Origin: the human T2T-CHM13v2.0 reference genome, Homo sapiens
Strand: one strand, 5' to 3'
DNA length: 64,000 nt
Assembly (NCBI RefSeq): GCF_009914755.1
Contig: NC_060947.1
Shown: positions 53,551 to 64,000 of the stretch, one piece after another
Layout of the letters: each line of letters begins with the position of its first letter
Numbering within the stretch: the first letter of the stretch is position 1
The notes under the pieces: model-generated
Told to the model about the DNA's origin: nothing
Databases searched by the model: none
What the model saw: the letters and a program-made list of their open reading frames with translations, nothing else
Program-made: the position numbers and the translations under genes

Positions 53551-54119
53551 GAAAAAGTAAAAATCCTCTCACAACCTTATTATGAAAGCAAGCACTGAGC
53601 TAGTCTTTAACTAACCTATTTTCATTCCAAGCCTTACTCTACAATGATGTCTTGTTGCACTCTTCAGTTTATCCTTTTCATCATTACAGCAGAACATAAA
53701 TTACCTAGCCCCTTGTACAAACAGTGCATAAGTAGTAGATATTCTGAACATAAGGTGGCTAGATTATCTTGCTTCTTTATTGATAAAAATCAGTGCTGCT
53801 AGCAGGCATCTCATTCTTCTTTGGAAGTATACAGTTAGTGGTAGCATGACTGCATAGTGGAAAGGGTACAGGGTAGAACTTGAGATGCCTAGATTCTAAG
53901 CTAGTTCTGCCATTAATTCACTGTGGATATTAAGCATGTCACCCCCACTCTCTGTAAGTTGAAGGGGTTGAGCGACTTGATTTCTTAAGTTCCTCTACAG
54001 TTTACAAATTCTGTGACTACTTCCTGGCAAGTGCCTGAACGTAGTATATGTGCAAACAAAATCTTGATAGAGTTGAACCAAGTAAAAAGAAAGCAATGGA
54101 GAACATTCGAGGGGTATAT

Positions 54120-54125
<6 letters not shown>

Positions 54126-54153
<28 letters not shown>
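54126..54153. repeat. (TG)n microsatellite
   Basis: Directly visible. Confidence 0.95.
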
Positions 54154-54156
<3 letters not shown>

Positions 54157-54915
54157 GTGCATGCACACGCTGGAGCTATCAGACAGATGATAAATTCATT
54201 CTAAAGTATGTTAAATTGCCTGTGGGGAAAAGGTGGAAAGTCCACTAGGCAGGTAGAAATAGGAAACTGCATATCAAGGAAGGGGTGGTGATTGATAATA
54301 CACACTTGGATGATAACTGAAGCCATTATTTGCAGTATATAATCTCACTCAGAGAAATTAGAATCTCACCCAGAAAGTAGAATCCTGGATTATGCTAATA
54401 TTTAAAATATGCTAATATTCAAAAGTCAGGAAGGATAACAAAAGACCCACAAGGGAGTAGACACAGGAGGTGGGCAAAAGGCCAACCAGGGAGAGATAAA
54501 TTAAAACCAGGCTAGGTACTTCCACCTCATTAAACATTCCTCTCAGGAGTCTTGTATTCATTCAAAAGCTATTGAGAAGTTTACATTTTTGGAAGAAGGA
54601 AGACTGAAATAGCAGTCCTTCTCTGAGCTTTTTTTTTTTAAAACTTCCTTAGCTGAACCTTTTTTCTAAACTCAAATTTGAATACAATTTTCCTCATCGC
54701 AGTGCCTGTAGCTTTTTTGTTTTTGTTATCATTTTTAAAAATTTTATTTTTCCCTCCCCTGTGGGATCTAATCTAACTCCTTTTTGAATGAGGAACCTCT
54801 TGAGATTCTAGAGAAACCTATGCACTCTCTCCCCCTGAAAGCTACACATGTTCACACAATGCTATATATAGTTTGGGCTGAGATTATAGACCCTAGCTTC
54901 AGAATCCTTGCTCTA

Positions 54916-55214
<299 letters not shown>

Positions 55215-55314
55215 TATCCTTGCTCTAGAAAAAGACAAGATTTGTTCTTTTTGTGTGTGTGGTAAAAGCAAAAAAACAAACAAAAAAAAACACAAACAAA
55301 ACAAAAAAACCACA

Positions 55315-57340
55315 CGTATCATGAAGTCTACCCTCGTAACAAATTTTTAATTGTACAGAACAGTATTTATAATTTTATGTACATTGTTGTACACCAGATC
55401 TCTAGAACTTCTTCATATTGCACGATTGAATCTACCTAAATTGAACAAGAACTCTCGCCTCACACCCAGCCTGTTGGTGACCACCACTCTACTTTCTGCT
55501 TCTATGAGTTTGACTACTTTAGATACCTCATATAAGTGAAATCATGTAGCATTTGTCTTCCTGTGACTGCATTATTTCACTTAGCATAATGTCCTCCAGG
55601 TTTATGCATGTTATTTCATATGACAGGATTTCCTTCTTTTTTTAAAGGCTGAATAAGATTCAATTTCATATAAAAAATACACATTTTTTCTTTATTCATT
55701 CATCTGTCAATGAGCATTTCTTCCAGCTTTATTGAGGTATATTTGAAAAATAAAATTGTATATTTTTAAGATGTACAATATAATGATTTATATTGGCATA
55801 CATTGTAAAACGATTACCACAATCAGCTAATTAACACATCTATCACGTCACAGCTGCCATTTTTTGCATGTGTGTGGTAAGAAGACATAAGATCTACTGT
55901 CTTAGCAGATTTCAAATATAAAACACAGCATTATTAACTATAGTCACTATGCTGCACGTTAGATCCCCAGAACTTATTGATTTTATAAGTGAAGATTTGT
56001 ACCATTTGACCAACATCTTTCCATTTCCCACACCCCCAGCCATATAAGTGAGATCATGCAGTAATGCAGTATTTGTCTTTCTGTTTTTGGCTTATCTCAT
56101 TTAGCATAATGTCCTCCCAGTTCATCCATTTTGTCAAAAATGTCAGGATTTCCTTCTTCTTTAAATGAAGGGGTACACACATATATATAGAGTTATGCAT
56201 CACTTCATGACTGGGATATGTGCTGAGAAATGCATTGTTAGGCAATTTCATTATCGTGTGAGCATCACAGAGTGTACTTACACAAACCTATATGGTATAG
56301 TCTACTACACACCTAGGCTATATAGTATAGCCTATTGCTTCTAGGCTGTAAACCTGTACAACATGTTGCTATACTGAATACTGTAGGCAATTGTAACACA
56401 ATGGCAAGTATTTGTGTATCTAAACATATCTAAACCTAGAAAATGTACAGTAAAAATATAGTATAAAAGATAAAAATGGCACATCTGTAAAGGGCATTTA
56501 TGAAGGGAGCTTGGAGAACTGAAAGTTGCTCTGGGTGAGTCAGTGAGTGAGTGGTGAGTGAATGTGAAGGCCTAGGACATTCCTGTACACTACTGTGGAT
56601 TCTATAAATAATGTACACTTGAGCTACACTAAATTTATTTAACATTTTTTCTTTCTTCAATAATAAATTAACCTTAACGTATTGTAACTTTTTTACTTTT
56701 AAACTTTTAGATTTTTTTTATTTTGTAATAACACCTAGCTTAAAACACAAACACATTGTATAGCTATACAAAAATATTTTCTTTATATCCTTATTCCATA
56801 AACATTTTTCTATTTTTATTTTTTTACATTTTAAACCTTCTGGTTAAAAACTAACACACAAGCACACAATTTAGCCTAGACCTACACAGGATTAGAATCA
56901 TCAAGATGTCACTAGGTGATAGGACTTTTTCAGCTCCATTATAATCTTATGAGACTACCATTGTATATTCAGTCAGCTGTTGATCAAAATATTATCACGT
57001 GTCACATAACTGTGTATGCGTGTGTATGCGTGTGTGTATACAAAACATTTTAAATCTATTCTTCCATCAACAGATTCTTAGATCATTTCCATATTTTGAC
57101 TACTGTGATAATGCTGCAATGAACATGGCAGTGCAGATATCTTTTCAAAATACTGATTTCAATTCCTTTAAATATATACCAAGCAATGGGATTACTGGAT
57201 CATATGGTAGTTCTATTTTTATTTTTTGAGGAACCTCCATACTGTTTTCCATAATGGCTACAGTAATTTACATTCCTGCCAACAGTGTACAGTGTATGAG
57301 GGTTTCTTTCTTTACATTTTTGCCAACACTTGTTATCTCT
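55315..57340 (-). mobile_element. Two nested L1MA/MB 3' ends (antisense), the second split by Tigger3
   Basis: Duplicated antisense 3' UTR motifs (CACTTAGCATAATGTCCTCCAGG; CATTTAGCATAATGTCCTCCCAG); continues AATGCTGCAATGAACATGG..GGATCATATGGTAGTTCTA. Confidence 0.85.
56190..57012 (-). mobile_element. Tigger3b-type DNA transposon (internally deleted)
   Basis: Same termini as the 27241 element plus the internal GAAAGTTGCTCTGGGTGAGTCAGTGAGTGAGTGGTGAGTGAATGTGAAGG segment. Confidence 0.88.
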
Positions 57341-57589
57341 ATAGAGTTATCACTATGGAAAACCACCCAACTGCAAAAATAAACAATAAAAGAGGAAGAA
57401 AAAAAGAATATACAAAACAACCAGAAAATAAACAATACAATGACAGGAGTAATCTTCCCCTATCAATAATAACCTCGAATGTAATATGTTTTGAAGTCAG
57501 TAAGTGTGAGGCCTCCAGTTTTGTTTTTCTTTCTGAAGATTGTTTTGGATATTTGGCTTCCTTTGTGGTTCTATATGGATTTTAGGAGT

Positions 57590-57929
<340 letters not shown>

Positions 57930-58153
57930 AATTTTAGGGATTTTTCTACTCATGAAAAAAAATGCCTTTGGAGTTTTGATAGAGATTGCACTGAATCTGT
58001 AGATCACTTTGGGTATGGACTAAAAGAACATTTGTTAACAATCAACAAAGTGAAGAAACAACCCACAGAATAAAAGAAAATATTTGTGAACTACCCATCT
58101 GACAAGGGATTAATAACCAGAATATATAAGGAACTCAAACAACTCAATAGTTA

Positions 58154-58198
<45 letters not shown>

Positions 58199-58707
58199 AT
58201 ACTCCAACTAAAAAACAGGCTAAAGGTCTGAATAGACTTTTCTCAAAAGACATACAAATGGCCAACAGGTTTATGAAAAAAATGCTCAATATCACTAATT
58301 ATCAGAGAAATGCAAATCAAGATCACAATTAGATATCACATCACCCTACCCCAGCTAAAATCACTTTTATCAAAAAGAGATAATAATGGATGGGGAGAAA
58401 GGAGAACCTTCATATACTGTTGGTTGGAATACAATTTAATACAGCCAGTATGGAAAACAGCATGGAGGTTCTTCAAAAAACTAAAAATGGAAGCACCATA
58501 TGACCCAGCAATCCCACTACGGTTATTTATCTGATAGAAAGGAAACCGATATATCAAAGAGATATCTGCACTACCATGTTTATTTCAGCACTATTCACAG
58601 TAGGCAAAATATGAAATCAACCTAAGTGTCCATCAATGCATGAATGGATAAAGGAAATGTGGTATATATACACAATGGAGTATTAGTCAGTCATAATAAA
58701 AGAATGA

Positions 58708-59035
58708 GGTTGGATGTGGTGGCTCATGTCTGTAATCCCAGCACTTTAGGAGGCCAAGGTGGAAAGATTGCTTAAGCCCAGGAGTTCAAGACCAGCCCGG
58801 GCAACATAGGGAGTTCCTATCTCTACCAAAAATAAAATAAAAAAAATAGCTGAGCATGATGATGCACACCTGTAGTCCCAGGTACTTAGGGGTGGTGAGG
58901 TGGGAGGATTGTTTGAGCCCAGGAGGTCAGGAGGTCAGGAAATCAAGGCTGCAGTGAGCCATGATCCTGCCACTATGCTCCAGCCTCCATGACAGAGTGC
59001 AAAACCTTTCTCCAAAAATAAAAAAAAATAAAATA
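58708..59035 (+). mobile_element. AluJ
   Basis: GGAAAGATTGCTTAAGCCCAGGAGTTCAAG; small AGGAGGTC duplication. Confidence 0.9.
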
Positions 59036-59164
59036 ATGAAATCCTTTCATTTGCAGCCACATGGATGGAACTGGAGGTCATTATGTTAAGTGAACTAAGC
59101 CAAGTACAGACAGACAAACATCACATGTTATCACTCTTACGGGAGCTAAAAAAAAGTGTATCTC

Positions 59165-59475
59165 GGCCGGGTGTGGTGGCTCACACCTGTAATCCCAGCA
59201 CTTTGGGAGGACAAGGTGGGTGGATCATGAGGTCAGGAGATTGAGACCATCCTGGCCAACATAGTGAAACCCCGTCTCTACTAAAAATACAAAAAAAAAA
59301 AAAAAAATTAGCTGGGTGTGGTTGCGCATGCCTGTAATCCAGCTACTCGGGAGGCTGAGGCAGGAGAATCACTTAAACCTGGGGGGCGGAGACTGCAGTG
59401 AGCCTAGATCAAGCTACTGCACTCCAGCCTGGCGACAGAGCGAGACTCTGTCTCAAAAAAAAAAAAAAAAAAGAA
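59165..59475 (+). mobile_element. AluSc-like
   Basis: GGATCATGAGGTCAGGAGATTGAGACCATCCTGG..GCCTGGCGACAG; TSD AAAAAAAAGTGTATCTC. Confidence 0.93.
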
Positions 59476-59887
59476 GAAAAAAAAGTGTATCTCATGAAGA
59501 TAGAGAGTAGATTTGTGATCACCAGAGGCTGGGAAGGGTAGAGGGAAGGGGGAAATGAAGAGAGGTTTATTAATGAGTAAGAATATATAACGTGATAAAA
59601 GAAATAAGACCCAGTGTTTGATGGATCAGTAGAGTGACTATAGTTTAAAATAGTCTATTATATATTTCAAAATAGCTAGAAGAGAATACTTCAAATGTTT
59701 CTTGATTAAAGAGAGGCAAATTAAGGTGATGGATATCCCAATTACATGGATTTGATTTCTACAAATTATATGAATGTATTAAATTATCACATGTACCCCG
59801 AAAATAACATACATCTATTATATATTGATAAAAATGAAATTATTTTAAAAGGTTCTCTTAAAGAGCTTACATATTTACTGAACCAAT

Positions 59888-60213
59888 CTTTCTTTCCTTT
59901 TTCTTTCTTACTTCCTTCCTTTTTTATTTCTTCCTTCCTTCCTTCTTTCTTTCTCTCTCTATTCCTTCCTTCCTTTCTCTTTTCTTTTCCTTTCTTTTAT
60001 TTTCTTTTTTCTTTTCTTTTGAGACAGGATCTCACTCTGTCACCCAGACTGGAGTGCAGTTGTGTGATCACGGCTCACTGCAGCCTCTAATTCCTGGGCT
60101 CAAGTGATCCTCCCTTCAGCCTCCTGAGTAGCTGAGACTACACACATGCACTACAATGCACAGATAAATTTTGTACTTTTTGTAGATATGGGGTCTTTTA
60201 TATTGCCCAGACT
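59888..60213 (-). mobile_element. Truncated AluJ with a (TTCC/TTTC)n expanded tail
   Basis: Pyrimidine simple repeat 59888-60020, then antisense Alu. Confidence 0.88.
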
Positions 60214-60244
60214 GAAAGAATGTTTCAATAGAAAAAAATATTCA

Positions 60245-60565
<321 letters not shown>

Positions 60566-62679
60566 GAAAAGGTATTCACTCAGTAAGTTAAATTTGCCCT
60601 AGACTGAAAGAATGCTTGCTAAGCACTAGGTACTGTGCAAGGCATGTTCCATATATTATTGGCAAGTATTATAATAGGCCTACAAAGTAGGCATTATTAA
60701 GTCTGTTTTCCAAGTGAGGAAACTGCTCCATGAAGTGGTAGAACCGAGATTGTAAGGCAGGGAGGTTGCAGAAGCATCCTGTGATAACTTTATTTATCAT
60801 GTCTCTATCATAGTCCCCTCTTTTGCAGAGAAGGAAGGGAGTTGGAGTCCTCCGTTTTGCTCTCCTCATGTTTCCACATGGGAGGACTTCTGTTAGACTA
60901 ACACTCCTGGCCTGTCTCCCCCTCTTCATGTGATGGGTGAGTTGGCAAGTCTGTATCGCTAAGTGTAGGGAGTATTAGGAAGCCTATTATGGCAGACTTT
61001 CTATTCCCTATCTTCCAATACAGACTTTAACAGTGATAAACTGATAGTTTTAATCTCTGTTTATTTCCTTCCTGTGTCTATCAGTTGGTTCTGAACTTGG
61101 GAATGAATGAGAGGTGTGCTACTATTCACTACTGTTCCAAAATGTATTTATTCAACCTATTTTCTAATCAGCCTGTGTCCTTCTGTCCACTTATCTATTC
61201 CATATTGTCTCCTGAGTGTCTGTGTGAGCCTGTCTGTGAATGTACCTCTGATTGCCTAGATACCTATAACAGGAAGTGTGTGTGGGTATTAGGCCAAAGC
61301 TCCATGTGGTCCTAAGGAAAATGATCTGCATGTGCATGGGTGAAAGAAGGAGAGAGAATGAAGGTGTGTTCCTTGAATTTGGCTCTGAGGGCTACCTTCA
61401 CATAACTATCATAATGCTTTTTGTCCTTTACTAGAAGCAGGCTCTACCAGAAAAGAATGCTTAAGCCCATTTCTTTGCCGATTGTTTCATTCTGGGGCCA
61501 CAGACCTTCCTCTTCTCATCTCTGTGCTAGCAGTGTCAGAAGAGGGAGAGCAGTCACTATTTCAGAAGCCTTTTCTGTGCTGGCTCAAAGATTGAAGATT
61601 GTTTACAGACTAAGGAAATTCTCATTTTTCATAGGCAGATTATAATACTAAAGAAATCTAACCTGTGTTTTGTGATTGTTATCTAGCATTCTGTGGCCCA
61701 TACTTCTAACATACTTGATAAATGATGTCAAGTCATCTTCTTAATTTCATCACACCCTTGGGAAAAATAAGGTAAGAGTCAGAATTATAGTCACCCTTTT
61801 ACAGATGAAACCAAAGGTAAAATAGTTTCATTGCTTAACTAATCATTCTTCCTACACTTCCTTGGAATTTCAGGTGTTGGTGGGCCGACTATTCCTGGGC
61901 CAGTTGCCTAACAGGCAAAAGGGGAACCAGACCATGTTTTAATGAAACAGATTTTGTCAGAAGTAATATCAAAAGGTGTTCATTTTTAGTCTCATCAGTT
62001 GAATCTCTTGGAGTATTCCACGTGGGTTTCTAGGGCCTCTGTTTCTCTCCTTCCCCATTTACCCTACGCTGCCCAAACAATTACCCTGACACTTCTGGAT
62101 GTTTCTCACAGGGGAGAGAATCTGGGTCAATAATCATAGGCAGTGGAGAGGGGAAAAAAGTTGAATGTTCTAGGTATTATTCATATGCAGATTACATGAA
62201 AATAGTAGCAAGTTTCTCCTTCCCATTTATCTATACATCTAAGGGTGTGCAGGTATGTAAGGGACGGGCAGGTGCAGCAAAGGAGAATTCTAAGTAGACC
62301 GTCCTACTAAAGAGTGTGTCTGATTCCTGGGAAATTTTGCCTAGGGCTAGGGAAAGATTTATAGTCAAGGTCTGTTTATTTTGAGTTAAAGTTAGTATAA
62401 CATTAGTATAAAATGTTATAGCTGACATTATTTAAGGTAAATAAATTCTTATAAGTACATACTTCTGGAGAAATATGGAGTTTATGTTGCTCCTTGGGTA
62501 ACTTTATAAAAAAATCTTTCTGTTGTTGAAGTGTCTCTTCTGGGTCATCTGGTTCTTTTATCCATTCAGAAAAAAATGCCAGTTTTCTTATGGAATCTCA
62601 GGATCTTGGCTTCGTATTAGATTTGAGACTAGATTCAAAGCCTCTTCATCCTTCTTGAGTTAATAAATCTAGACAGCAT

Positions 62680-62681
<2 letters not shown>

Positions 62682-62719
<38 letters not shown>
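62682..62719. repeat. (GT)n microsatellite
   Basis: About 19 perfect GT units. Confidence 0.95.
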
Positions 62720-62723
<4 letters not shown>

Positions 62724-63529
62724 GGCTGCTATCTGTGGTGGTTGGTGCTCTCAGAGAAGGCTTGTTGAAGCAGGAGTTGGTTTGTTTGTGTCCTAAGCTC
62801 ACAGTAGTGTCAGCTCAATTGGAAACTCTCCATTTGCCCTTGGGGAAGTCACTCACTTGGTACAAGTTTAGCTGGGCTGTGATGCATGTTTGCCATTGCT
62901 CTAGAGAAGTTTCAGCCAGCAATTGACTCCTTCCTCATAGCAAGGATGTAAAAATCAGATGAACTGCTCAGATCCAATATGTGGGCTGAAAGATGGCCTC
63001 TTCTGGGTACCCAGTTCAGACAGGGGCTACCCCTTGCTTTGAGCTGTGTGTTAGCCAATTTATTCTATTTCCCAAATACTGTTTTCTGTGAGCCATTACT
63101 ACTTGATAATTCATAAAGTAAATTTTCAGCACATGTTAAGCTCTGACCTCAATTCATCCAACCATGGAAAGAAAAAAAGTCACACATGCATATACGCACA
63201 AACCCCAGCTTTAACTTTTTCCCTTTCCAAAGTTGTTCATCATTTTGCCCTCCTATAGTGACAGAGAAAGTACACCAATTCATTGGGCATTTGAGCAAGA
63301 TAAAGCCCTCACTACAGTTTTGGTGAAGCTCTTGAGAAATACACAGATGGCAGTCAAAAGAACTATTTGTGGTGTCAGGGATACACACACAAACATATGC
63401 ACATATTCAACAAGTCATGGGAGGTGAGACATGGGTGATGTGCAGTTGAGGCAGACAGATAGAAAATGGGATGGGAAGCTTGAGAGTTTGGTTTGTTTTA
63501 CTCCCTTGCCCCGTATTTTCCAGATATAC

Positions 63530-63556
63530 ATTAGATAGATATATAGATAGATAGAT
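63530..63556. repeat. Short (TAGA)n repeat
   Basis: Directly visible. Confidence 0.8.
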
Positions 63557-64000
63557 TCTTCTTTCCTTTTTGATAATTTATTTTTACTCTTGACTTAGTA
63601 GAAATGACCCCATCTGTGATATATTAGCTAAAGAGAAAATCATTTTGCTTTGGTTCAGATCCAGAATGACCTAGCCCAAAGAGGAAAGAATGACCAGCTG
63701 CCTTTGTCCAGGAGTGTCAGAGGGGCTTCTGAAAAGAATTGCTTTCTCCAAATATTTTCTTTGGGGGAAGTAGTCCCAGGCATGTGTACATGTGCCTGGA
63801 TGTGTGCACATACACCCTTCTACCCATACGGACACATGAACAAACTCATACATAAGACTTTATGTTCAAATTGGGGAAACCTGCTTTTTTCTGAGAGTCT
63901 GGCAGCTCAACTTACTAGAGAAAGAGGTTCCTAAATTCTGAAACAATTGTCAAGAGTCTCTTTGGAAACACTTCCTTGACGTTCTAATATATAGGGCATT

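Overview
Primate (almost certainly human) genomic DNA, not prokaryotic. About 50 kb of AT-rich, repeat-dense intronic sequence (old L1M LINEs, Alus, MIR, L2, CR1/L3, THE1 and MLT2 solo LTRs, Tigger3 DNA transposons, microsatellites) is followed by one CpG island at about 50.0-52.2 kb and then more repeat-rich DNA. I see no convincing protein-coding exon; nearly all ORF-track entries are Alu-, L1- or simple-repeat-derived, or chance. The CpG island looks like a bidirectional promoter with a long GC-rich non-coding first exon on the minus strand. From recollection only (not verified here), it best fits TRPC5 exon 1 head-to-head with the long RTL4/ZCCHC16 transcript on Xq23. The most interesting signal is an interrupted (GCC)9-ACT-(GCC)7 repeat in that putative 5' UTR. 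It lies in frame behind a strong-Kozak ATG and forms a 37-aa polyalanine uORF, with an overlapping poly-Cys/Arg uORF. This resembles the leader-repeat architecture of FMR1/NOTCH2NLC-type loci. Other highlights: a perfect 11-bp inverted repeat near the inferred TSS, a tailless 46-nt 5S rRNA retrocopy with a 16-bp TSD, a young AluYd, and a rearranged (inverted) L1. I found no evidence for a wholly new multi-gene system.
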